A stretch of DNA of 64,000 nt from positions 2,537,598 through 2,601,597 of the forward strand of contig CAXXOA010000001.1 of assembly GCA_963666275.2 (NCBI GenBank). The letters run 5' to 3'. The DNA comes from Oceanispirochaeta sp. (GTDB lineage Bacteria; Spirochaetota; Spirochaetia; DSM-2461). The notes under the pieces were generated by a model. That model was not told the origin of the DNA. It was given only the letters and a program-made list of their open reading frames with translations, and made no database searches. Shown piece after piece: positions 8,432-17,761 of this stretch (position 1 is the first letter of the stretch; each line of letters opens with the position of its first letter). Made by a program: the position numbers and the translations under genes.

Positions 8432-10309
8432 TTACTGGGGAACAGGAATTCCGAAGATCCGGATTTTCCGGTACAGGGTGTTCCGTCCTATTTTCAGCTG
8501 CCTGGCGGAACTGGCAATATTGAAGCGGTTCTCTTCCAGCACACGGCTGATATAGTGCTTCTCCACCTCTTCCAGGGCTTCTGCTCTGTCCGCAGGGATT
8601 TCCAGAGGACTGCCGGCGGGTACAGGCTCTGAAAAAAGAGCCGGGACCTTTTCGGAATTAGTCATAAGCTCCACAACGTTTTCAAGCTCCCGGATATTCC
8701 CCGGCCAGCTGTACCGGCAGAACCGGGCCATCTGTTCGGTCGTCACGGGAACTTCCCGTTTGTTGATTCTCCGGGAGATCTTTCTGCTGTAGTACTCGAT
8801 GAGCAGAGGGATATCCTCGCTCCGTTCCCGAAGCGCCGGGAGCTTTATGGGAAGCACATTGAGCCTGTAGTAGAGATCGCTCCGGAAGAGGCCTTCCTGA
8901 ACCTCCCGGGTCAGATCTTTGTTGGTGGCTGCGATGATCCTGACATCCACGGGAATGGGCTCATTGCCGCCCAGACGGGTGACAATGCTCTCTTCGATGA
9001 CCCGGAGCAGTTTGACCTGCATGTCCAGGGGCATTTCACCGATCTCATCCAGAAAGAGGGTTCCACCGTCGGCAATTTCAAACTTGCCCGCCTGCCCCCC
9101 CTTCCGGGCTCCCGTAAAGGCTCCGTCGTTATACCCGAATAGCTCGGATTCGATGAGTGTGCCCGGGATGGCGCCGCAATTGATGACCACAAAGGCTTCG
9201 TCCCTGCGGGAACTGCAGTTATGGATGGACTGGGCAAAGATCTCCTTTCCCGTACCGCTCTCTCCCGAAATCAGCACCGTAGACTTGCTGTCGGCTACTT
9301 TGCGGGCAAAGTCCACAGCATCCAGAAAGGTTTCGGACTGACCTATCATCTTGTCAAAGGTGTAGATTGCCTTTCTGCCCAGGATTTCGTTGGCATGCTT
9401 ACGCACATGTTTGACGTCTTTCACAACAATAATGACCGCAGAAATGGAGGAGTCCCCGGAAACCACAGGATAGGCGCTGATATTGAAGTAGATTTTGTTT
9501 TTTTTCGTATTCAGCAGCAGGTCCCGGTTCTGGAACTCCTCACCCGAGAGGGCTGCGGTTTTAATGTTTTCCCAGGAGGGGATCAGGGAGGAGATGGAAC
9601 GGGAAAAGAGAGACTCCTCCTCTTCTCCCAGGAGTGAGAATGTCTGATCATTGGCAGTCAGGATCGTTCCGTCCAGGCTGCAGGAGAGGATCCCCGCCTG
9701 GATGGAGTTCATCAGCTTCTCCGTAAACAGATTGTTCTGCTTCAGCAGAGTATTGTTCTGTTTGAGCCGGATAGTTTTTTCTATGGCGTTCACCGCGGCC
9801 ACTACCATTCCCAGGGTATGGGTATTCACATTTTCAATGGCCCCCGTCAGATCAAGGCAGCCGATGATCTCCCCTTCGGGACTCCGGATAGGAGCGGCCG
9901 AACAGGTCCAGCGGTAGTATTCCTTGATAAAATGCTCTTTTCCGGATATCTGCACGGGCTGCTGTTCTTCCAGTGAAGTTCCCATGGCATTGGTCCCTAT
10001 ATTCTGCTCGTCCATAAAGGCACCGGGAATCATTTTCAGGGAGATTGCTTCCTCCAGGATGTTTTCATCACCGATGACCCGGAGAATGCAGCCGTCCCTG
10101 TCGGTGAGGATGGAGAAAAAACTGGTCCCTTTGAGAAAGTTGTAAAGATGGTGAATAAAAGGCTCGGCCACCTGGATGAGATCTTTTTCCCCCTCCAGAC
10201 GTTGGTAGAGTTCGTTACCTTCCAGAATGCGGTTGCTGTAGACAAGATCCTTGTAGAGGCCGTACTTCTGACAGCGCGAAAAAGACTGGCGGACATACTC
10301 TTTGGTCAT
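8432..10309 (-). CDS. sigma54-dependent Fis-family activator (GAF-PAS-AAA+-HTH, AcoR-like)
   Basis: GTNAMG GAF, GESGTGKE, GAFTGA, FLDEIGE, WPGNIREL and IGRNTLYRK. Start MTKEYV after GGAG-rich sequence. Confidence 0.95.
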   Translation of the reverse strand: MTKEYVRQSFSRCQKYGLYKDLVYSNRILEGNELYQRLEGEKDLIQVAEPFIHHLYNFLKGTSFFSILTDRDGCILRVIGDENILEEAISLKMIPGAFMDEQNIGTNAMGTSLEEQQPVQISGKEHFIKEYYRWTCSAAPIRSPEGEIIGCLDLTGAIENVNTHTLGMVVAAVNAIEKTIRLKQNNTLLKQNNLFTEKLMNSIQAGILSCSLDGTILTANDQTFSLLGEEEESLFSRSISSLIPSWENIKTAALSGEEFQNRDLLLNTKKNKIYFNISAYPVVSGDSSISAVIIVVKDVKHVRKHANEILGRKAIYTFDKMIGQSETFLDAVDFARKVADSKSTVLISGESGTGKEIFAQSIHNCSSRRDEAFVVINCGAIPGTLIESELFGYNDGAFTGARKGGQAGKFEIADGGTLFLDEIGEMPLDMQVKLLRVIEESIVTRLGGNEPIPVDVRIIAATNKDLTREVQEGLFRSDLYYRLNVLPIKLPALRERSEDIPLLIEYYSRKISRRINKREVPVTTEQMARFCRYSWPGNIRELENVVELMTNSEKVPALFSEPVPAGSPLEIPADRAEALEEVEKHYISRVLEENRFNIASSARQLKIGRNTLYRKIRIFGIPVPQ

Positions 10310-10499
10310 TTCCTTCTCCTGAAATGTTTTGAAATGATAATAAAAACAACAGTGAGGTTGATCCTGTGAAGTAGTGCTATTGTAGCCCTCTAAAGGGAAA
10401 ACGGGCAAGGAAAAGTTGTTATCCCCGGGGATTCCTATGAGAGGGTATATTTTTATAAGAACCCTGAGGATGTACCACTCAGGGCCGTATTTATGAGAG

Positions 10500-11456
10500 T
10501 TAAAGCTTTTCTACAAAGTCCCGATCCAGACCTGTTATTTCTACAATCTGGTTCAGGGAGTAATTTTTCTTTTTCATGGACCTGGCAATTTCTGAATTCC
10601 GGACATCCCGGCCTAATTCAAGTCCTTCTTCACGGCCTTCTTCCCGGCCTAATTCCCGGCCTAATTCGAGACCTTCCTCCCGGCCCTGTTCCCGGCCGAT
10701 TTCAAGACCTTCTTCTCTGCCGTCACTTATGGCCTGGGCTTTATCCCGTTCATATTTCATCCGGGCTTCATAGCGTTCCAGGTATTCGTCATTGGCAGTG
10801 AATTTGTTAAAGGTGTCATGTGCCTGCTGAAAAATCGGATCTTCTTTGATAATGATTTTCATATCCTCTTCCTCCCATACGCCCTCTTCTTTAAAGTACC
10901 AGGCCCATTGACTGAGTCGGTCAGCTGGGACCTTCTGATCTGTATGAGGTTCTATTTTCGGTAGTTCAATATAATGGATCTGCAGATGGTCTGTCAAAAT
11001 GGAAACTGAGTCATCCAGATCGCTGATCATATGACAGCTGTGAAACTGATTCTCCTTTTTGTCCGGGAAAAGCGTGAAATTCAGAAGATTAATACAAATC
11101 ACAGGATTCAGCTTTTTATACTGGTGCCCTTCCTGCAGCTGGGAAGAGTAGATCTTCGCCCAGTAGTAGAGACTCCTCTGGATGAATTCACTGTTTCCGA
11201 TGCTCTGGATTTCAATGTCGTAGATTTTTCCCGACTGGTCTTTGGCTTTGACATCCAGGACACTCTCTTTTTCGCTGAAAACAGTTCTCAGATTGACAGG
11301 ATTTTTTATTTCCAAACTTGTGACTGTTGAGAACCCCCGGTCCTCCAGGACGGCATTGATAAAATCCTTTAATAGAGGAAGATTTTCCTCCTGTCCCAGG
11401 AGAACCCGTACCATGATATCCGATGTTGCTCTGATCCAGCTTGCCATTTCTTCCAT
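10500..11456 (-). CDS. Rpn family / PD-(D/E)XK nuclease (PDDEXK_2)
   Basis: KESVLDVKAKD...YDIEIQ...RSLYYWAKIYSSQL, IHYIELPK, C-terminal GREEG repeats and an HTH-like tail. Start MEEMAS after GGGAGG. Confidence 0.9.
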   Translation of the reverse strand: MEEMASWIRATSDIMVRVLLGQEENLPLLKDFINAVLEDRGFSTVTSLEIKNPVNLRTVFSEKESVLDVKAKDQSGKIYDIEIQSIGNSEFIQRSLYYWAKIYSSQLQEGHQYKKLNPVICINLLNFTLFPDKKENQFHSCHMISDLDDSVSILTDHLQIHYIELPKIEPHTDQKVPADRLSQWAWYFKEEGVWEEEDMKIIIKEDPIFQQAHDTFNKFTANDEYLERYEARMKYERDKAQAISDGREEGLEIGREQGREEGLELGRELGREEGREEGLELGRDVRNSEIARSMKKKNYSLNQIVEITGLDRDFVEKL

Positions 11457-11749
11457 TATAAACCTCCCTTTCAGAACTAACAACGCCTGAAACAGGAGGA
11501 GTGATTCAATTTCTGCTAAAATAATTCATGGGAAACGGATTGGACTTTGAGGGAATTGATACAGAAGTCAGCCTGTCAGGAGTGGTTATGGATGTACTCT
11601 CTCAGGGCCATATTCATAAGGGTCTGATAAGGAGTTTTCTGTTCTCCCGCCAGTTTTTTGAAATAGTGTTTTTTATTATATTTTTGAATCACCACACCCC
11701 TTTCACTTGTTGATGAGAGTAAACAGAGATAAAATTAAAGGGAGAGAAT

Positions 11750-12088
11750 ATGGGGTTAAAGGCTGTGAATGAAGAGCAGAAAGCAATCATTGAATATATC
11801 AAAGAGCATTTTGTAGGCTGGCTGGAAGAGAAGAATATCATTCCCTTTCCCCAGCCATCCGGCTCTTTTGATAAAGAACTGCTGGAACGAATGGTTCGGG
11901 TTGAAGAGGAAATCAAACGGCAGAATGAGAAATTTGATCATATGAAAGATAAATTCGATTATTTAAATGATAAGTTTGATTTCATGATGGCTCAGACAGA
12001 AAAGCGCTTTAATAGACAGTTTCTTTTTCAACTGGCGACTTTTTCTGCGATTGTAGGAAGTGCGGTAGCCATACTTCTGCAAGGATAG
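11750..12088 (+). CDS. Coiled-coil protein with C-terminal membrane anchor (paralog of 4703..5089)
   Basis: IEYIKEHFVGWLEEKN and LLERMVRVEEE are shared with the 4.7-kb copy; fewer heptad repeats. Confidence 0.75.
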   Translation: MGLKAVNEEQKAIIEYIKEHFVGWLEEKNIIPFPQPSGSFDKELLERMVRVEEEIKRQNEKFDHMKDKFDYLNDKFDFMMAQTEKRFNRQFLFQLATFSAIVGSAVAILLQG

Positions 12089-12106
12089 GATTTTAACCCG
12101 GTTCTA

Positions 12107-12353
12107 TTAGAGTTTCCTGAGGAACTCATTGAGTATTTTTTCCGTTATCTCTGGATTTATCTGATGAATCTTCTCTGCAATGCCTTTCGCTCTACTTTTC
12201 TTAATTTGATCACTTTCTACAAGAAATAAGATCATTTTCAGCCCCCAAATGGGCTCTAATCTCCGGAGCTGGCACTCTCTTCGTAATGCGTTGTCGTTGG
12301 TCAAACATACTGCTGAATACTGTTGTGCATGCATCTTTATGTTTCTTCATCCA
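12107..12353 (-). pseudogene. Truncated PIN-like partner gene downstream of ImmA/IrrE
   Basis: The 75-aa ORF (CLTNDNALRREC...IWGLKMIL.LV...A..I...NP.I) resembles only the C-terminal half of a PIN-type protein. The overlapping ATG (MKKH) is in a different frame. Confidence 0.55.
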
Positions 12354-13455
12354 GCTCCAGTTCTCTCCAGGCGACAATGAGCTTCCGCATTTCAGAAACG
12401 GACTTCTCAAGGATCTCTCCTGCTTTGGTTATGGAAATGCGATCAGAAAAATAGGCTTTTCGGACAAGTCCGGCGAAATGGTCTTCCAACAAATCATAAC
12501 TGGTCAGGGATTCCGGTTCGTAATAATTTTTCAGATCATGGTGATATTTTTCTTTGTATGCCATACTGAATTTCCTATAAATAGTCCCGGGATCATAGTG
12601 AGGAAAGATCTGGCTGAGCCGTATGAGTACAGTTTTATAGCTGACCCGGTACATCTTCTTTATTTTCAGTACTCTATCCACCCAGTGGAGTCCTTCGGCT
12701 TCATTCCACTCTTTCTTCAAGGCTACAGTGGGCAGCAAGAACTCTCCAGCAAAGCGGTCGGCTTCCTTTTCCTGTTCATCACTCCCCTCCTCTATAGACT
12801 CTATACTGTCATAACTGCCTGGGTGCATCAAAAGATGCCCTAATTCATGAGCAATGGTAAAAATTCTCCGTTCTATAGAGACGTCTTTTTCTGCATTTAT
12901 AACGATCGCCGGTCCCAGGTCTCTATCTGATACAGACAGGCCAAAGGTCTTTTTAAAGCCGAAGTGGTGAAGATAGAGCTTGATTCCGGCTTTTTCAATT
13001 TCTGCAGGCAGATCATATAAGGGTTGATCTTTCAAGAGTCCTAATTTCTTTCTGACTTCCCGGGCGGTCTCTTCGGGAGTAGTCATTTCTAAATTCTCAA
13101 AAAGGTCATTCCTTTTCTCATCCAGCATTTTTTCCAGGTCATGATAATTTTTCAGCCACTGGGCAGTTTTATAGAGCATCTGATCCCGTTCCGCTTTTTC
13201 CCGGGCTGAGAGGGTTTTATTAGTTCTGAAGCGCAGGCTTTTCAGTTTGGGAGCATCTGAGAGTATTTCATTGAGGCTGACTCCAAGGGCATTGCCGAAC
13301 TTTATGAGGGTGGAAGATTGGGGTTCGGAGCGTCCGTTTAATATGTTGGAAATGGTTGCGGTTCCGACTTCCATTTCTTTTGCCAGTTTGGCTATGGTGT
13401 AGCCTTTCAGTTTCATGAGGCGTCTGAGGTTGGGGCCGATATCCTGAATTGACAT
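12337..13455 (-). CDS. XRE HTH + ImmA/IrrE family metallopeptidase
   Basis: N-terminal HTH (TIAKLAKEMEVGTATISNILNG), FTIAHELGH (HExxH) and EKEADRFAGEFLLP. Confidence 0.92.
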   Translation of the reverse strand: MSIQDIGPNLRRLMKLKGYTIAKLAKEMEVGTATISNILNGRSEPQSSTLIKFGNALGVSLNEILSDAPKLKSLRFRTNKTLSAREKAERDQMLYKTAQWLKNYHDLEKMLDEKRNDLFENLEMTTPEETAREVRKKLGLLKDQPLYDLPAEIEKAGIKLYLHHFGFKKTFGLSVSDRDLGPAIVINAEKDVSIERRIFTIAHELGHLLMHPGSYDSIESIEEGSDEQEKEADRFAGEFLLPTVALKKEWNEAEGLHWVDRVLKIKKMYRVSYKTVLIRLSQIFPHYDPGTIYRKFSMAYKEKYHHDLKNYYEPESLTSYDLLEDHFAGLVRKAYFSDRISITKAGEILEKSVSEMRKLIVAWRELELDEET

Positions 13456-13772
13456 GGGAATCTCCTTATATATTATATTATAAGGAACTATTTGATAATT
13501 CGCAATTATTGTTTTTAAATAGTTTAGTATCTATAATCAGGTTTTTTAAAATTTAAAATTTCATGTTAAAAGAGCAATTTATTTGGAAGTCAACAACAGC
13601 GCATAAAAATGATTTAAAACAGTAAGAATTTAAAGTAGATTTTTAATGAGACCAGTCATATAAATGACGAATTTGTTCACATAAAACTGATACCATAGAC
13701 AATAGAACCGTAGTCGTGATGAAATTTTATGGATTATAGGAACTGTAAAATAGACGGTTGCCAATAAGCCCT

Positions 13773-16229
13773 TTATGAAGCGGCTGTATCTGCATACAAA
13801 TATTCCTGGAACCCGATAAACGTCTCCCGGATAGATTGTATATTCCCCAATTTTGCTTTGGCATCGGCAATAGCCTTATATTTCAAGATTAAAAGGCTGG
13901 ACAATTTGTCATCGTCCAATTCTGAAACACCTTCCGACACATATTGGGACAAAACAAAATTCAAAAAATCCTGCTGGTTCTTATTGTATGAGTCAAAGTG
14001 GATCTCCGCCTGTTCTGCTCGGTGCAATCTCGGAACCATATTTTTATGATAGGCAACATAATTAAGCACATCAAACAGATCGCTATCTTCCCCGTGAACG
14101 AGTTTACTCAATTCTGTTAATTGTTCTTGAGTGTACCCTCTCTCACAAAGCTCTTCTAACAATCGTCTTCTTGTAGAAGGCAAACTCCACATTTTTCGCA
14201 GTTCTTCTTCGCTGGAAAAAAATGATGGCAAATCGCCAAATAACTGCCTTATAAATTCTTCAGCTGAAATGGGTTTTCCTGTAGGGCTATAGAAACTCGT
14301 TTTCATCATTTTATCCAGTTCACGGACTTTATTATCAGAAAGTTTTACCCGTATCATTTGCCGTGACTGATTGTCACAAACACAAGGATCATTTCCACAA
14401 ACAGGACATATTTGAGGTTCCGGTTTTTCACAGATGCAAGGCCGCTTGCCGCAAATGTTACATACCTTTGGAGGGCATATACAAGGATATTGGCCGCATC
14501 TTTTACAGATTTCCGGTTTAAAAGGTTCCCCATCCCATTCGGGGTCCTGAAAATGTTTACTGGCTTTAACAAAATCATAGATGGTAAAATAATCTTTTCC
14601 ATCGTATAAACGAGTTCCCCGTCCTACAATCTGTTTAAACTCAACCATAGAGTTAACGGAACGAAGCAAAATAATATTCCGAATTTCAGGAGCATCCACT
14701 CCAGTACTCAATTTTTGTGATGTAGTGAGAACTGTGGGAATACTCTTTTCATTATCCTGAAAATCCCGTAAATGCTGCTCTCCCATCTTCCCATCATGGG
14801 CTGTAACCCGATGGCAGTAATTGGGATTACGGCTTACAGCAAACTGATTAATAAGATCCCGAATGGCTGCTGCATGAATTTGGGTAGCACAAAAAACAAG
14901 GGACTTTTGGTTCTGATTGATCTCGTCCATAAAGGTTTTTACCCGAAACTTCTCAATATCCATAATTTCTATAATGCGATTTTGTTCATCCTGGGTGTAT
15001 TCCCGGCCGACTTCGATTTCACCTTCCAGAACTGTATCATCATCGGTATAGGTATAACTGTCTCCTGTTGTGGATATCTCTTTAACCTTAAAAGGTGTTA
15101 AGAATCCATCATTAATCCCTTCTTTCAGGGAGTAGATATAAACAGGCTTTCCAAAATACTCATAAGTATCTTTGTTCACATCCCGTTTGGGAGTTGCGGT
15201 TAAACCAAGCTGCACGGCAGGACTAAAGTATTCCAGAATAGAACGCCAGGAACTCTCATCATTGGCGCCGCCACGGTGGCATTCGTCTATAATAATAAAA
15301 TCAAAATAATCTTTGGGGTACTGTCCAAAATTGAATTGATCCGGGCCGTATTTCTGTTTCGGCTCGGCTGCCATGTCTTCAATCGTGTTATTCTGCCGAG
15401 ATTCGGTCATAAAAGTCTGAAAAATTGTAAAGAATATGCTGCCGTTCTTAGGAACTTTCCCTTTTTTCCGGATTTCATCGGAAGCAATACGCACCAGAGC
15501 ATCTTCCTCAAAGGCGTTAAAAGCATTAAATGCCTGATCGGCTAATATATTCCGGTCTGCTAAAAATAGAATTCGAGGGCTACGAAGCCCGTCTCTTCTC
15601 AGGTTCCATTTAGCATGAAACAACTTCCAGGCAATTTGAAAGGCTATGGCAGTTTTACCGGTTCCTGTTGCCAGGGTGAGAAGGATTCGGTCTTCTCCAT
15701 CGGCAACAGCTTCCAAAACCTTGGCAACAGCATTTTCCTGATAGTATCTGGGCTGCCAGGTTCCGCTCCGGTCTTCAAAAGGAACAGCAAAGAGGCGTTC
15801 CCTCCAACTGGCTTTTTCTGTCTGTATAGCATTGATAGGAGCAGGAAACGTCATTTCCCAAAGTTCATCAGGGGTGGGGTATTTTTCAATATCCCCTTCG
15901 GTTCCCTGATCCATGTCGATACCATAGATCCTTAAACCATTCGTCGAATAGGTATAGCGGATATGCAAGCGTTCAGCGTAATCTTTTGCCTGGCCTACAC
16001 CATCGGTATAGTAAATGTCCCGGGCCTTGGCCTCGACCACAGCCAAGTTGCGGTTTTTGTACTGAAGCACATAGTCGGCTTTTAAAGGCTTGGCTCTCCG
16101 GCCCTGCCCTAAAATCCGTCCTTGAGAAATAGGAAATTGCTTACGGACACGGCTGCCTTCTACCTCTCCCCAACCGGCTTTTTTTAAAGCAGGATCTATG
16201 TATTCAAACTCTGTTTGTGCTTCATTCAT
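13773..16229 (-). CDS. hsdR: Type I restriction enzyme R subunit (EcoAI/EcoEI-like)
   Basis: NEAQT..., ADYVL...VVEAK nuclease motif, LATGTGKT, DECHR, TATP and QIVGRGTR. Start MNEAQT. Confidence 0.95.
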   Translation of the reverse strand: MNEAQTEFEYIDPALKKAGWGEVEGSRVRKQFPISQGRILGQGRRAKPLKADYVLQYKNRNLAVVEAKARDIYYTDGVGQAKDYAERLHIRYTYSTNGLRIYGIDMDQGTEGDIEKYPTPDELWEMTFPAPINAIQTEKASWRERLFAVPFEDRSGTWQPRYYQENAVAKVLEAVADGEDRILLTLATGTGKTAIAFQIAWKLFHAKWNLRRDGLRSPRILFLADRNILADQAFNAFNAFEEDALVRIASDEIRKKGKVPKNGSIFFTIFQTFMTESRQNNTIEDMAAEPKQKYGPDQFNFGQYPKDYFDFIIIDECHRGGANDESSWRSILEYFSPAVQLGLTATPKRDVNKDTYEYFGKPVYIYSLKEGINDGFLTPFKVKEISTTGDSYTYTDDDTVLEGEIEVGREYTQDEQNRIIEIMDIEKFRVKTFMDEINQNQKSLVFCATQIHAAAIRDLINQFAVSRNPNYCHRVTAHDGKMGEQHLRDFQDNEKSIPTVLTTSQKLSTGVDAPEIRNIILLRSVNSMVEFKQIVGRGTRLYDGKDYFTIYDFVKASKHFQDPEWDGEPFKPEICKRCGQYPCICPPKVCNICGKRPCICEKPEPQICPVCGNDPCVCDNQSRQMIRVKLSDNKVRELDKMMKTSFYSPTGKPISAEEFIRQLFGDLPSFFSSEEELRKMWSLPSTRRRLLEELCERGYTQEQLTELSKLVHGEDSDLFDVLNYVAYHKNMVPRLHRAEQAEIHFDSYNKNQQDFLNFVLSQYVSEGVSELDDDKLSSLLILKYKAIADAKAKLGNIQSIRETFIGFQEYLYADTAAS

Positions 16230-16258
16230 TTGATTACTCTTTTCTCTCGTATCTTGTT

Positions 16259-17761
16259 TTAAAGGACAACCCAATGTCCTCCCCTATCCGGGCCGACACG
16301 TTTGATCAGCCCCTTCTTTTTTAGATTATTCAGATGATATTTCACACCGTCTTCCGTTATGGAACCAAGGAGAACAGCTATTTCTTTTCTACTGACGGTG
16401 GGTTTTTCTTTTAAAATATCCAGGATTTTCTGGGTAGTGTCTTTCTGGGTAGTGTCTTTCTGGGTAGTGTCTTTCTGGGTAGTGTCTTTCTGGGTAGTGT
16501 CTTTCTGGGTAGTGTCTTTCTGGGTAGTGTCTTTCTGGGTAGTGTCTTTCTGGGTAGTCTTCTTAGGCTCTTTTATTCCGCTTACTTCAGATGGTTTGAA
16601 ACAGATTTCCGATTTGAAGATATCCTCCTCAACCAATCGTGGCGGTGTGGAAGAGTAGAACTTGCCGTATTTCACAATATTGCGAACGCCTGATCCGAGT
16701 TCTTCTGCCAGGCCGATTTCTTTGAATACCCGTGCGATAGAGGGATTCTTTGGAAAAGGAGAAAAATTCTCCGGATCTATTAAGCCATGACCATGGGGTT
16801 TGTTTCCGTTTTCAGTCAACAACCGGTCTTTTTCAATGATCATTTTGGCGGGATAGGCATTGATGTATTCCCTGTGAATCAGAAGATTAACGGCAACCTC
16901 CCGTAATATGACATCTCTAACGCTTATTCTTTGAGATCCTTCAAGATAGAATGGGTCGGGAAGGTGTTTCTGCCCGAATTGGATGATCCGGTCGTAACTA
17001 TCCAGCAGGTTCGTCCGCACATCATCCCTATCATCATAGCGGTCTAAATTTTTAATCCTTAATATCAGATCAGTTTTATGATGCGGAAGGGCTGATAATA
17101 TGGTCTCATCTTTTCCGAATAGGAGGATTCCGGCTAAGGTAATCCCCTCTTCCCCTGAGTTAAAATCTCTGTTGTATAACCGGGAGCTTTTTAGAAGCTC
17201 CAGAGGTGATAGATTTTTCCAGGGATGGTCGGGACGTTGAATTATTACAGATTTTTGCACCTTCTGAATCAAAGTTAAATCCAGGTCGCTGATTTCACAA
17301 TACGGAAAAATCCGATTTTCCGTATAGAAGGTCTGCTTTTTTATATATAAGGCTGTAACCAGGGTGTTGTTGCGGGTTATGTCAAAATCGCCGTCTTCAT
17401 TCCGGTCGAAAATTTTCTGACCGCATTTATGAACCTGGGAGCTTTCGGGTATGTATATGTACAGTAATAATTTGCCATCAATTTCCACTTGTTCCATGGA
17501 TAGATAAACAGAAGGGGATATTTTAGCCGGGTTGTTTACGGCTGTGGTAAAGTCTTTTTTTATCTGCTCGATACAACCGGGGTCTATTCCGGTGATGGTT
17601 CCGTTGTCCTTAACGCCGAGAAGGAGTTCTCCACCATTTCTGTTGAGAAAAGAGCATACGGTTTCGTAGACGTCTTTGTTGAGGGTTGTGCGGCTTTCTT
17701 TGAATTCTCTGGTGATGCTTTCGCCGGCGGTTATGGCGGTTTTGATTTTATTTATGATCAT
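16259..17761 (-). CDS. AlbA_2/Schlafen domain + HATPase-like (RecG C-terminal type) + wHTH protein
   Basis: GESITREFK...VCSFLNRNGGELLLGVKDNG, REVAVNLLIHREY, EELGSG and a C-terminal HTH with RVGPDRGGHW. Confidence 0.88.
   Translation of the reverse strand: MIINKIKTAITAGESITREFKESRTTLNKDVYETVCSFLNRNGGELLLGVKDNGTITGIDPGCIEQIKKDFTTAVNNPAKISPSVYLSMEQVEIDGKLLLYIYIPESSQVHKCGQKIFDRNEDGDFDITRNNTLVTALYIKKQTFYTENRIFPYCEISDLDLTLIQKVQKSVIIQRPDHPWKNLSPLELLKSSRLYNRDFNSGEEGITLAGILLFGKDETILSALPHHKTDLILRIKNLDRYDDRDDVRTNLLDSYDRIIQFGQKHLPDPFYLEGSQRISVRDVILREVAVNLLIHREYINAYPAKMIIEKDRLLTENGNKPHGHGLIDPENFSPFPKNPSIARVFKEIGLAEELGSGVRNIVKYGKFYSSTPPRLVEEDIFKSEICFKPSEVSGIKEPKKTTQKDTTQKDTTQKDTTQKDTTQKDTTQKDTTQKDTTQKDTTQKILDILKEKPTVSRKEIAVLLGSITEDGVKYHLNNLKKKGLIKRVGPDRGGHWVVL
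16427..16558. repeat. 15-bp coding tandem repeat (TTTCTGGGTAGTGTC), about 9 copies, encoding (TTQKD)n
   Basis: Eight perfect copies plus a 12-bp partial copy are directly visible. Confidence 0.97.

Noticed and set aside
10500..11456. rpn as an IS transposase or mobile element
   Set aside because: No terminal inverted repeats or clean target duplication. The transposase label for this family is not established.
16359..16658. Plus-strand ORF with (FWVVS)n repeats
   Set aside because: It is the reverse reading of the TTQKD VNTR; no independent coding evidence.
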